DNA of 35,943 nucleotides, taken from an uncultured Bacteroidia bacterium. GTDB taxonomy: Bacteria; Bacteroidota; Bacteroidia; CAYPEC01. The stretch lies in contig CAYPEC010000004.1 in assembly GCA_964409625.1 (NCBI GenBank), forward strand, positions 1-35,943, in the 5' to 3' direction. The translations under genes and the position numbers were made by a program. Below are positions 1 through 8,436 of this stretch, in pieces. The notes beneath the pieces were generated by a model. It made no database searches. It was not told the DNA's origin and saw only the letters and a program-made list of their open reading frames with translations. Within the stretch, counting starts at the first letter, position 1; each line of letters opens with the position of its first letter.

Positions 1-352
1 AGAAAGGTAAAAACAACCGAAAAGGATTTTAGCGCAATAAGTTTAAGCCCAAATGCAGCAATAGGCAAACTCAAAAACATGGGGTAAAGCGGAGCGTTGA
101 AAGAAAAATAATAATTCGGAAAATCCTGAATGTATTTATATCCTGCAAAAATATACGCAGAGTCATCGCCACCTTCGCTTATGCGTGCATTAAAATGAAG
201 CAGAGAAAATAACAAACACAAAAAAGAAAATGAATAGAAAAGTTTTTTGTCGTTTTTCTCAAACCAAGTTTCAATAGTTACGAAGCTGTTTTTTTCAATT
301 TTGTTATTGAGCGAACTTTTTGATTTAGCTTGTTGCTTTTGTTGTTTGCTCA
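1..352 (-). CDS. N-terminal fragment (117 codons) of a polytopic membrane protein, possibly a GT-C/GT39 (ArnT/PMT-like) glycosyltransferase; continues past the window start
   Basis: My own reverse translation from ATG (complement of 350-352): MSKQQKQQAKSKSSLNNKIEKNSFVTIETWFEKNDKKLFYSFSFLCLLFSLLHFNARISEGGDDSAYIFAGYKYIQDF... The frame stays open to position 1. A hydrophobic helix is followed by an acidic loop (GGDDSAY) resembling the first periplasmic loop of GT-C enzymes. It is absent from the ORF track because it has no stop in the window. Confidence 0.45.
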
Positions 353-393
353 TGATCTATTATCAAGCTAAGAAATTTTAATAAAAGAGGGAA

Positions 394-1314
394 TTATTCT
401 AAAATAATTGAAGCATCACCAATCAGCGACTCATCATTGTATACTTCAATTATATACTTTCCAGGAACAAATTTATCAGCTCCTTGTCCATACATATTAA
501 TTCCCATTTCAGTCCCCGAGTAATTGAATTCTTGCTTTCCAGCATAGTATCCTCTCGAATTTCCAAATTTGAATTTGTACTCGCTATCCATAGACATTGC
601 CATTTCTTTACCATCAGGAGTAATGATTCGAAGGTAAACAATCTTGTTCCCAGATTTCGCCATGCTATTTTCTGCTAAAGAAAATGTTACTTTTATTTTT
701 TCAGCTTTACTAGCTTTCGTTGTTTCAATTTCTTTTTTGCCTCCTGATTTAAAACGAACAGCTTTTACAATTGTAGCAGTTGCTTTTAGTTGCGAACCCT
801 TAGCAACAACAGTTTGCAAATCCTCTTTCTCTTTTATTAACTGATTAGTCTTATCTTTTTCAGCTGATAAATCAGACTTTACTTTGTCTTTTTCTACAAT
901 TAAATTTTTGTTGAGTGTATTGAGAGAGTCAAGCGTAACAATGTATCCCTTCATTATTTTTCGAAGCGTATCGGCTTCCTTTCTTAGCTTTGAAATAATA
1001 TAGGCATCGTCTTTATGCTTCTCCGCTTCTTTTATTAATTTTTCTATCTGAAGTTTTCTTTCATCAAACTCTGCTTGCAATTTTTTATCGCTTGTTTGTA
1101 GCGATTCGTAATCTCCTTTTAACTCTACCAGTTCGGATTTGATGTTATCTCTTTCAACTATTACTTGTTCCTTGATTACTATCTCTTGCTCCGCTCTTTT
1201 TTTTTGCTCAAAAAATTGCCATGTTAATAGCAAGCATAACACAGTAAGTATTGTAATAATGATGAGGTATAATTTATTATTGTCTTTATCTTTTTTCTTT
1301 TCTTGCTGCTCCAT
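394..1314 (-). CDS. Membrane-anchored coiled-coil protein of unknown function (306 aa from the internal ATG)
   Basis: ORF 394..1386. I prefer the start at M25 (MEQQEKKKDK), because a -7 promoter box at 1332-1339 lies inside the longer ORF. One N-terminal TM helix (LYLIIITILTVLCLLLTW), then about 150 aa of heptad-rich K/E/L/Q sequence, then a beta-rich C-terminal domain of about 120 aa. Confidence 0.7.
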   Translation of the reverse strand: MEQQEKKKDKDNNKLYLIIITILTVLCLLLTWQFFEQKKRAEQEIVIKEQVIVERDNIKSELVELKGDYESLQTSDKKLQAEFDERKLQIEKLIKEAEKHKDDAYIISKLRKEADTLRKIMKGYIVTLDSLNTLNKNLIVEKDKVKSDLSAEKDKTNQLIKEKEDLQTVVAKGSQLKATATIVKAVRFKSGGKKEIETTKASKAEKIKVTFSLAENSMAKSGNKIVYLRIITPDGKEMAMSMDSEYKFKFGNSRGYYAGKQEFNYSGTEMGINMYGQGADKFVPGKYIIEVYNDESLIGDASIILE

Positions 1315-1331
1315 AATTATAAATTTCATCG

Positions 1332-1339
1332 CAAAAGTA
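1332..1339 (-). promoter_or_regulatory. Bacteroidota-type -7 promoter box (TACTTTTG on the minus strand)
   Basis: + strand caaaagta is the reverse complement of TAnnTTTG, about 17 nt upstream of the ATG at 1314. Confidence 0.35.
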
Positions 1340-1396
1340 ATGTATTTTAATATTTTATTTACCTTAGTTTTTAACTGTTTTAACAATTAATTGTTA

Positions 1397-2083
1397 ATGT
1401 TGGACGATTTTTTATCACTAATCTACCCTCATGTCTGCTGTTCATGCGGAAAAGCGCTTATGAAGAGCGAGAATTTGGTGTGTACATTTTGTTGTGTGCA
1501 ACTTCCCAAAACAAAATTCCATTTACATGCTGAAAACCCAATAAAAAAGATGTTTTGGGGTAGAGCAAATGTCCATTCTGCTGCTGCATTTTATTTTTTT
1601 GAAAAAGGAGGAAAAGTTCAAAACCTCATGCATCAACTCAAATACAGAGGTAAAAAAGAGCTTGGAACTTTAGTTGGCAATTGGTATGGTGCAGAACTTA
1701 AAAATTCGGAATCATTTAATTCTGTCAATCTGGTTGTTCCTGTTCCTCTTCATCCAAATAAACTAAAAAAGCGTGGCTATAATCAAAGTGAATCATTTGC
1801 GGAGGGTATTGCAAAAGCAATGGAAGTGGAAATAGATTCAACTAATTTTATAAGAAATGTAGAAACCGAAACGCAAACTAAAAAAGCAAGATATAAGCGT
1901 TGGGAAAATGTTGAAACTGTTTTTGAAGTAAAAGATTCAACTGCATTTGAGAATAAACATATTCTTTTAGTTGATGATGTGGTTACAACAGGTGCTACAC
2001 TCGAAGCTTGTGCACAAAAATTATTAATGATTGATGGTACGAAAGTAAGCATAGCAACGATGGCTTATGCTGCAAGTAGCTGA
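1397..2083 (+). CDS. comF: ComF-family protein (phosphoribosyltransferase-like with an N-terminal Cys-rich zinc finger)
   Basis: N-terminal CxxC...CxxC cluster (HVCCSCGKAL...LVCTFCCVQLP). C-terminal PRTase motif ILLVDDVVTTGATLEAC. ATG at 1397 preferred over TTG at 1391. Confidence 0.85.
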   Translation: MLDDFLSLIYPHVCCSCGKALMKSENLVCTFCCVQLPKTKFHLHAENPIKKMFWGRANVHSAAAFYFFEKGGKVQNLMHQLKYRGKKELGTLVGNWYGAELKNSESFNSVNLVVPVPLHPNKLKKRGYNQSESFAEGIAKAMEVEIDSTNFIRNVETETQTKKARYKRWENVETVFEVKDSTAFENKHILLVDDVVTTGATLEACAQKLLMIDGTKVSIATMAYAASS

Positions 2084-2141
2084 TTCCCTCTTTTAAAGGG
2101 GGTTAGGGGGATTGAACTCCATCTTAGAGGAAAAAATAAGT

Positions 2142-2149
2142 TACCTTTG
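2142..2149 (+). promoter_or_regulatory. -7 promoter box TACCTTTG
   Basis: ttaCCTTTGca matches TAnnTTTG, 13 nt upstream of the ATG at 2162, implying a short or absent leader. Confidence 0.5.
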
Positions 2150-2161
2150 CAAATCTAATTT

Positions 2162-2650
2162 ATGGCAGAATCAATAAATATTTCGGGAACAACTAAAAAA
2201 GAAAGATACGAATCGCTTTTGCCTCAAATCAAAGCTTTAGTTGAAGGTGAAAAAGATTTTATTGCAAATCTTTCGAATATGATGTCTGCACTTAAATACA
2301 GCATGAATTATTTTTGGGTTGGAATTTATTTTGTAAAAGACAATCAATTGGTATTGGGTCCTTTTCAAGGGCCAGTTGCTTGTACTCGAATTGCTTTAGG
2401 AAAAGGTGTTTGCGGAACATCATGGAAAGAAAAGAAAACTATTATAGTTGAAGATGTAGATAAATTTACTGGACATATTGCTTGTAGTTCTGAATCGAAA
2501 TCGGAAATAGTAATTCCTTGTTTTGATAACAAAGGAGAGGTTTTTGCAATACTTGATGTAGATAGTGATAAGCTTTCTGATTTTGATCAAACAGATAAAA
2601 TTTATTTAGAACAGGTGGTTAATGTAATTCAAGAATTTGCGAATGCTTAA
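2162..2650 (+). CDS. msrC: GAF-domain free methionine-(R)-sulfoxide reductase (fRMsr/YebR family)
   Basis: Single GAF domain of about 160 aa. Three Cys are spaced 10 and 24 residues apart (CTRIALGKGVC...HIAC), the same spacing as the catalytic Cys triad I recall for E. coli fRMsr. Contains the VCG motif. Confidence 0.8.
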   Translation: MAESINISGTTKKERYESLLPQIKALVEGEKDFIANLSNMMSALKYSMNYFWVGIYFVKDNQLVLGPFQGPVACTRIALGKGVCGTSWKEKKTIIVEDVDKFTGHIACSSESKSEIVIPCFDNKGEVFAILDVDSDKLSDFDQTDKIYLEQVVNVIQEFANA

Positions 2651-4289
2651 AAGAGGAAAGAACATTTTCAAATTTTCAAATTGGCTAATCTGTATATTGA
2701 TTTTTTCTTCCTGTGCGCAAGTGGTTCCAATAACTGGAGGTAAAAAAGATATTACTCCCCCAAAGGTTGTAAAGTACATTCCTGATAGCGCTGCAATAAA
2801 CTTCAAAGCAAAAAAAATTGCAATATTCTTTGATGAATATGTGCAGCTAAATGACTTAAATAAACAACTTACAATTTCTCCACCACTTGATAAACAGCCT
2901 GATATTACTGTTAAAAATAAGACACTGGAAATTGAATTTAAAGAATCGTTAAAAGAGAATACAACTTATACAATCGGTTTCGGAAGCTCTCTTCGTGATG
3001 TGAATGAAAGTAATCCACTGGAGGATTTTAAGTATGTTTTTTCTACAGGAAATTTTATTGATTCTTTATCACTTGTGTGTAAAGTAAAAAATTCAATTAC
3101 CCAAAAGCCCGAAAAAGATGTTTTGGTAATGCTTTATGATTCTTTTGAAGATTCTGTACCCTATAAAAAGCGGCCGAATTATTTTGCAAAAACAAAAGCG
3201 GATGGTTCGTGCAAAATAGAACACATTAAACAAGGAAAGTACAAAGCGTTTGCGCTGAAAGATGCAAATTCAAATTATTTATATGATTCGCAGGAAGAAG
3301 AAATTGCCTTTGTATCAGAGCCAATTACAATTGATAAAAAGGATTCTTTAGTACTGCAATTATTTAAAGAAATTCCTACAAAACAATTCATTAAAAAATC
3401 TTCTGTTGAAGGTTATGGGCATTTAAAATTTGTATTCAACAAACCTTCGGATAAAATAAATATTTCAGCATTAAATTTTTCTTCCAAAAAACAATGGCAA
3501 TTGCCATTGTGGAGCAAAACGCTTGATACGCTTGATTTGTGGCTTCTCGATGTTGGTGTAGAAGAATTAAAATTACAAATAAGCGACAATAATAAAATTT
3601 TAGATACTCTTGAAATGAAATTAATTTCGCGCGAAAAATTTGAGAAAGAAAATGGAGCTAAACTTCTTTCTAATTCTCCTTCCACAATTGACTTTAACAC
3701 GCCTCTTGTAATTTCATTTAATCATCCTCTAAACGAATATTCAATTGATTATAATAAACAACTAAAGAAAAATATTTATCTGAAAGAAGATACTATTGTT
3801 TTAGATTCTTCTAAATATTATTTCGAGATAAAAAACGAAAAAATATTGATTCATAAAATAGGTGAATGGAAAATGGGCTCTACTTATCAGCTTGTGATAA
3901 AGCCTAAATCATTCACTGATATTTTTCAGATTGAAAATGATTCGGTGAAGGTTAATTTTAAAACGAGAGAAGAAAAATATTATGGGAATGTGAAACTTAA
4001 ATTTACAACTGAATTTAAAAAACAATATCCAATTATTATTCAGTTAATAGATGAGAAAGGTGCTGTTATTTCTGAAAGACCAAATCCGAAAGAAAACACA
4101 ATTGATTTTAGCTTTTTGACTCCGCAGAAATATTTGTTACGAATTGATTTAGATGAAAATAATAATTCGAAATGGGACAATGGAAATTATTTAAAACATA
4201 TTCAGCCCGAAAAAATTATTTATAACACTGCGCCTATAAATGTTCGCTCTAATTGGGATTTAGAAACTGACTGGAAAATTTCAGATTAG
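2637..4289 (+). CDS. Lipoprotein with an N-terminal Ig-like (SbsA/Big_5-type) domain, function unknown
   Basis: Lipobox LIFSSC|AQ, followed by VVPITGGKKDITPPKVVKYIPDSAA, typical of bacterial Ig-like domain lipoproteins. 14-nt overlap with msrC. Confidence 0.7.
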   Translation: MRMLKRGKNIFKFSNWLICILIFSSCAQVVPITGGKKDITPPKVVKYIPDSAAINFKAKKIAIFFDEYVQLNDLNKQLTISPPLDKQPDITVKNKTLEIEFKESLKENTTYTIGFGSSLRDVNESNPLEDFKYVFSTGNFIDSLSLVCKVKNSITQKPEKDVLVMLYDSFEDSVPYKKRPNYFAKTKADGSCKIEHIKQGKYKAFALKDANSNYLYDSQEEEIAFVSEPITIDKKDSLVLQLFKEIPTKQFIKKSSVEGYGHLKFVFNKPSDKINISALNFSSKKQWQLPLWSKTLDTLDLWLLDVGVEELKLQISDNNKILDTLEMKLISREKFEKENGAKLLSNSPSTIDFNTPLVISFNHPLNEYSIDYNKQLKKNIYLKEDTIVLDSSKYYFEIKNEKILIHKIGEWKMGSTYQLVIKPKSFTDIFQIENDSVKVNFKTREEKYYGNVKLKFTTEFKKQYPIIIQLIDEKGAVISERPNPKENTIDFSFLTPQKYLLRIDLDENNNSKWDNGNYLKHIQPEKIIYNTAPINVRSNWDLETDWKISD

Positions 4290-4294
4290 CTTTT

Positions 4295-4331
4295 AATTTC
4301 AAAATCATCTGCATCCATCCAAGCAGGAAAA
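4295..4331. repeat. Left copy of a 37-bp direct repeat; relic 3' end of the omega-amidase gene
   Basis: aatttcaaaatcatcTGcatccatccaagcaggaaaa matches 5564-5600 at 35/37 positions. On the minus strand it reads FPAWMDADDFEIKS-stop. Confidence 0.85.
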
Positions 4332-4337
4332 ATTCAC

Positions 4338-5498
4338 TTATTGTTTTAAATCTATTATGCTTCTCCAGTTTATTGCTTTCGTTCCGTTGCTTCTGTTTTG
4401 AGTTTCCTTTCCGGCATAGAGCAAAATAGAATTTTTGACTTTGCTTAATTTGCTCCAATAATTAATATTTTTCAAAAAATCATCATGAATTGTTTTCCCC
4501 GATTTTATTTCGATGGGCAGAAGTTTTGCTCCATTATCAATAATTAAATCGATTTCGTGCCCAGTTTTATCTCTCCAGTAGTACAAATTAATTGGCAATG
4601 CTTGGTTTGTTCTTTGTTTTACAAATTCTGTTATCACCATATTTTCAAAAATAAATCCACGCAAAGGATGAGTTTCTAAATGCTTGGTCGTTGTAATTCG
4701 CAGTAAAGAGCAAATCAAAGAAGTGTCGTAGAAGTATATTTTTGGTCGCTTAACAATGGTTTTATTGAAATTTTTAAAATGCGGTTTTAGTAAATAAATA
4801 ATAAAACTACTCTCTAAAATTCCAATCCAAGATTGAATTGTTTTGTTGTCAATACCCGCTTCTGTAGCCAAGGCATTCATATTGAGTTCTTGTCCGCACC
4901 TGCCAGCCAAGAGAGCTAAAAATCGCTCAAAAACAATTAGGTCTGTTATGTTTTTTATTTGCCTTACATCCTTTTCAACATAGGTTCGGATATAATTAGG
5001 ACACCAATCTGTTGGCGAAATATTTTGGTCATATAGGGGCGGATAAAATCCTTTAAATATAAGTTCATCGTCTGTTTTTGGAATTTTTTTAGAGGCAGTT
5101 AATTCGGAAATTGAAAATGGAAGTAGGTTGAGATAACCTACTCTTCCTGCCAATGTTTGAGAAATATTTTGTTGTAGTAAAAAATTATTTGAACCCGTAA
5201 GAATAAATAAGCCTTTCTTTTTTGAGCTATCAAGTATTTCTTGCAAATAAGAAAACAAATTTGGTGTGCGCTGGACTTCATCCAAAATGGCACCTTTGGG
5301 ATAAGACGCCAAAAATCCTCTTGGATCTTGTAATGCAAAATTTCGAGTATCAGGGTTCTCTAAAGAGACATAGGGTTTGTCGGAAAATATTTTTTTAACA
5401 AGCGTAGTCTTGCCTGATTGTCGAGGACCAGTTACGGCTAACGCCTTAAATTTATTCGCTAATAAAATTAGTTTTTTTTCAGCATCCCTTTTTATCAT
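4338..5498 (-). CDS. AAA+ ATPase with a C-terminal PD-(D/E)xK-like domain (AAA_14/DUF4143-type architecture)
   Basis: Walker A VTGPRQSGKTTL. Walker B GAILDEVQ. C-terminal D...ExK signature (GHEIDLII ... LPIEIKSGK). Confidence 0.85.
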   Translation of the reverse strand: MIKRDAEKKLILLANKFKALAVTGPRQSGKTTLVKKIFSDKPYVSLENPDTRNFALQDPRGFLASYPKGAILDEVQRTPNLFSYLQEILDSSKKKGLFILTGSNNFLLQQNISQTLAGRVGYLNLLPFSISELTASKKIPKTDDELIFKGFYPPLYDQNISPTDWCPNYIRTYVEKDVRQIKNITDLIVFERFLALLAGRCGQELNMNALATEAGIDNKTIQSWIGILESSFIIYLLKPHFKNFNKTIVKRPKIYFYDTSLICSLLRITTTKHLETHPLRGFIFENMVITEFVKQRTNQALPINLYYWRDKTGHEIDLIIDNGAKLLPIEIKSGKTIHDDFLKNINYWSKLSKVKNSILLYAGKETQNRSNGTKAINWRSIIDLKQ

Positions 5499-5502
5499 GA
5501 AA

Positions 5503-5510
5503 CAAATATA
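5503..5510 (-). promoter_or_regulatory. -7 promoter box TATATTTG for the ATPase gene (near-leaderless)
   Basis: + strand caaatata is the reverse complement of TAnnTTTG, 4 nt upstream of the ATG at 5498. Confidence 0.35.
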
Positions 5511-5512
5511 TG

Positions 5513-5536
5513 GAAAAAATTGGAATCTGATTCCAA
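5513..5536 (-). terminator. Rho-independent terminator of the transaminase/omega-amidase operon
   Basis: Perfect 17-bp palindrome ttggaat-ctg-attccaa (5520-5536), followed on the minus strand by T6 (the A-run at 5514-5519). It lies 12 nt past the amidase stop codon. Confidence 0.45.
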
Positions 5537-5548
5537 AAAAATCCGATT

Positions 5549-6340
5549 TTAGTGTTGGGGCTGAATTTCAAAATCATCCCCATCCATCCAAGCAGGAAAA
5601 TTTTCTCTCCATGATTGCACTTCTTCTAATGATAATGGAATTGTTTCTATAGATTCTTTATGAGCTTCCGTTTTACTTATTATTTCTCCTTTTGGATTAA
5701 TTGCAGCCGAATCTCCCGAATGAATAATGTTATTTCCATCTTCTCCAATTCGGTTTACTCCAATAACAAATGCTTGATTTTCTATGGCTCTTGCTTGCAA
5801 TAAAATCTTCCAAGGATGATTTCTGCGCTCAGGCCAATTGGCAATATATATAAGCAAATCATAATTTTCTTTTTTGCTATTTCTGCTCCAAACAGGAAAG
5901 CGTAAATCATAACAAATCAAAGGACAAATTTTCCAGCCCTTATATTCTATAATTAATTTTTTATTTCCTGCGGTGTAATGCTCTTGTTCGTTCCCATAAC
6001 GAAACAAATGTCTTTTGTCATAATATTCATAAGAGCCATCTGGCTTTTGCCAAATCAATCGATTAAAGTATTTTTTATTTTCTTCAATAATAATACTTCC
6101 TGTTACAACACAATTATTTTCGTTTGCTATTTTTTTCATCCACTCGTGTGTCTTCTCATTCATAGATTCAGTATGTATTTCGGGCTTCATAGAAAAACCT
6201 GTGCTGAATAATTCAGGTAGCAGAATCAAATCTGTTTTTTCTTTAATGGAAGCAATTTTTTCTGCAAACATTTTTAAGTTCGCTTCTTTATTCTCCCAGT
6301 GTAGAGAAGTTTGTATGATTGTAATTTTTAAATCTTGCAT
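5549..6340 (-). CDS. Carbon-nitrogen hydrolase family protein, omega-amidase (YafV/Nit2-like)
   Basis: E-K-C catalytic triad contexts are present: LLPELFSTGF, YDKRHLF, ICPLICYDLRFP. Confidence 0.85.
   Translation of the reverse strand: MQDLKITIIQTSLHWENKEANLKMFAEKIASIKEKTDLILLPELFSTGFSMKPEIHTESMNEKTHEWMKKIANENNCVVTGSIIIEENKKYFNRLIWQKPDGSYEYYDKRHLFRYGNEQEHYTAGNKKLIIEYKGWKICPLICYDLRFPVWSRNSKKENYDLLIYIANWPERRNHPWKILLQARAIENQAFVIGVNRIGEDGNNIIHSGDSAAINPKGEIISKTEAHKESIETIPLSLEEVQSWRENFPAWMDGDDFEIQPQH
5564..5600. repeat. Right copy of the 37-bp direct repeat (functional 3' end of the omega-amidase gene)
   Basis: aatttcaaaatcatcCCcatccatccaagcaggaaaa encodes ...FPAWMDGDDFEI on the minus strand. Confidence 0.85.
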
Positions 6341-7482
6341 AATATTTCAGCAGCTTTTTCAAGCGTTTCTTCTTTCTTGGCAAAACAAAATCTTAATACT
6401 TTGTCATCTTCTGGTTCGTGATAAAACACTGATACAGGAATAGATGCTAACTTAAATTCCTTTGTCATTCGTATAGCAAAATCTGTATCCTTTTCTTTGG
6501 TGATGTTACTGTAGTCCAGCAATTGAAAATAAGTTCCCAGAGAGGGAATAACTCTAAAATGGCTGTCTTTAATGAGTTTTAAGAAGTAGTCTCTTTTCTT
6601 TTGATAGAAATTTCCGAGCGATAAATAATTTTCTTCCTTCTGTAAATATTCTGCCAATGCAAGCTGAATAGGAGTGTTTACAGCAAATACAAGAAACTGA
6701 TGTACTTTGCGAAACTCTGCCATTAGCTCTTTTGGAGCAACACAATATCCAACTTTCCATCCTGTTGTATGAAATGTTTTCCCGAAGGATGAAACAATGA
6801 AACTCCTTTCTGCAAGAGAAGGATAGAGCGCCATGCTTTGATGTTTTATTCCGTCAAAAATAATATGCTCATATACTTCATCGCTCACAATTATAATATC
6901 AGTTCCATCAGTAATTGATTCAAGAGCTTTTAAATCACTTTCTTTTAACACCGCTCCTGTAGGGTTATGCGGAGAGTTAATGATAATCATTTTGGTACGG
7001 TGGCTCACTACTCTTTTCAGTTCTTCCCAGTCAATAGAGTAATCAGGAGATTTCAGTTGGAGGTAAATAGTTTTACCCCCGTTGAGTTCTATTGCTGGCT
7101 GGTAGCAATCGTATGCAGGTTCAAAAACAATTACTTCATCGCCCTCTTTTATAATCGCTGTGATAGCAGTATAAATAGCTTGTGTAGCACCTGCTGTAAT
7201 CGTAATTTCAGTATCGGGATTATATTTAGCTCCGTATATTTTCTCTGTTTTTTGTGCAATAATTTCACGAAGAGCAATAGCTCCTGCCATAGGCGAATAT
7301 TGGTTGTTCCCTTGCTTCATGTATTTGTAAACAAGCTCAACCAACTCTGGCGAACATTCAAAATCTGGAAATCCCTGCGATAGATTAATAGCATTGTTTT
7401 CTGCCGCAAGCTTCGACATTACTGTGAAAATAGTTGTTCCAACTGCTGGAAGTTTACTGTGAATAGTGGAGGGGAAATGCAC
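6328..7482 (-). CDS. PLP-dependent class I aminotransferase (YbdL-like methionine/glutamine transaminase)
   Basis: INLSQGFPDF N-terminal motif, the NPTG motif, and PLP-lysine context SSFGKTFHTTGWKVGY. 13-nt overlap with the downstream amidase gene. Confidence 0.85.
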   Translation of the reverse strand: MHFPSTIHSKLPAVGTTIFTVMSKLAAENNAINLSQGFPDFECSPELVELVYKYMKQGNNQYSPMAGAIALREIIAQKTEKIYGAKYNPDTEITITAGATQAIYTAITAIIKEGDEVIVFEPAYDCYQPAIELNGGKTIYLQLKSPDYSIDWEELKRVVSHRTKMIIINSPHNPTGAVLKESDLKALESITDGTDIIIVSDEVYEHIIFDGIKHQSMALYPSLAERSFIVSSFGKTFHTTGWKVGYCVAPKELMAEFRKVHQFLVFAVNTPIQLALAEYLQKEENYLSLGNFYQKKRDYFLKLIKDSHFRVIPSLGTYFQLLDYSNITKEKDTDFAIRMTKEFKLASIPVSVFYHEPEDDKVLRFCFAKKEETLEKAAEILCKI

Positions 7483-7579
7483 AAATGATAAATTAGTTCA
7501 AGACGAAATTACAAATACTTTGATATGTTTTATTCGGGGTTATGGGTAAATTATTAAATTCGCCAAAAAATTATTTAAA

Positions 7580-8098
7580 ATGATTATAGAAAATAAAAAA
7601 GTTGTAGCTGTAAACTACCACTTAACAGGAACAAATCTTAAATCGGGAGAACAAAAATTAGTTGAAAAAACTACTACTGAAAATCCTTTTGTATTTCTTG
7701 TAGGGGTTGGACATTTGTTAGAGGATTTTGAAAAAAATCTTTCAGGAAAAAAAGTGGGCGATACTTTTGATTTTAAAATTTCTGCCGATAGAGGCTATGG
7801 GCTTCGTATGGAAGAGTATCTGGTAAATATTCCTATTGATGCATTTAAAGATGAGAAAGGTGAAATAAATAGAGAAATGTTAAAAGTGGGAGGCATGCTT
7901 CCCATGGTTGACAATCAAGGAAACCATCTTCAAGGAATAATAGAAAATGTTGGAATTGATAGTGTGAAAATGGATTTTAACCATCCCTTAGCTGGACATG
8001 ATTTGCATTTTGTTGGAGAAGTATTAGAAGTTAGAACTGCTACAGATGAAGAATTAGACCATGGACATGTTCATGGTAAAGGCGGACATCACCACTAA
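7580..8098 (+). CDS. slyD: FKBP-type peptidyl-prolyl cis-trans isomerase SlyD with a His-rich tail
   Basis: FKBP core (VVAVNYHLTG...FVFLVGVGHLLEDFEKNLSGKKVGDTFDF), an IF-domain insert, and the C-terminal tail DHGHVHGKGGHHH. Confidence 0.85.
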   Translation: MIIENKKVVAVNYHLTGTNLKSGEQKLVEKTTTENPFVFLVGVGHLLEDFEKNLSGKKVGDTFDFKISADRGYGLRMEEYLVNIPIDAFKDEKGEINREMLKVGGMLPMVDNQGNHLQGIIENVGIDSVKMDFNHPLAGHDLHFVGEVLEVRTATDEELDHGHVHGKGGHHH

Positions 8099-8099
8099 A

Positions 8100-8435
8100 T
8101 TATTTCTTTTTTGCTAAATCTGTAATTTCGGCTGGTATGCCTTTGCAACCTTCTGGTGTTGGCATTTTAAGCCCCCGATAATTGAATGTAATTTTCAAGT
8201 TATCTACATCAAAATCTTTTGAGAGTTTATCCTTAGGAATAAGAGTAAGCTCTTGCTCATCTTCTCTTTTAGTTATTATTACGGCAGAGCATCCTTCTTT
8301 TTTATAAATGAAAGAAACATACCCGCTATATTTTCCAAGCGGAGTGGTTGCATCACTTGAATTTTTATTTGTTTTACAACTAAAGAAGAACAATGTAAAT
8401 AAAAATATTGCAGAGCGGGATAAGATTTTTTTCAT
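8100..8435 (-). CDS. Small lipoprotein, unknown function
   Basis: Signal peptide plus lipobox (LFFFSC|KTN). It starts 1 nt after the stop of the upstream T9SS-cargo gene. Confidence 0.6.
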   Translation of the reverse strand: MKKILSRSAIFLFTLFFFSCKTNKNSSDATTPLGKYSGYVSFIYKKEGCSAVIITKREDEQELTLIPKDKLSKDFDVDNLKITFNYRGLKMPTPEGCKGIPAEITDLAKKK

Positions 8436-8436
8436 A

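Noticed and set aside
2086-2102. Possible terminator hairpin after comF (ccctctt-tta-aaggggg).
   Set aside because: The stem needs a G-U pair, the loop is only 3 nt, and no T-run follows. This is too weak to call.
4249-4458. 69-aa minus-strand ORF spanning the left repeat copy and the 3' end of the ATPase gene.
   Set aside because: It is out of frame with both the ATPase gene and the relic amidase C-terminus, and most of it overlaps the ATPase coding sequence. It looks like a by-product of the duplicated segment, not a gene.
6967-7383. Long antisense ORFs inside well-supported genes: 6967-7383 (+), 11712-12104 (-), 23012-23359 (+), 28746-29069 (+), 33347-33721 (-), 9894-10133 (+), 20421-20708 (-).
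   Set aside because: Each lies fully within, and opposite to, a gene with clear family motifs. Their translations are low-complexity (Leu/Phe/Ser/Ile-rich), as expected for the reverse frame of AT-rich coding DNA. None has a promoter box or a recognisable domain.
8096-8102. Convergent genes whose stop codons are 1-8 nt apart with no terminator between them (slyD/lipoprotein at 8098/8100, 22946/22951, 34409/34418).
   Set aside because: This is interesting for possible transcriptional interference. However, tight convergent packing is common in compact bacterial genomes, and nothing specific in the sequence sets these junctions apart.
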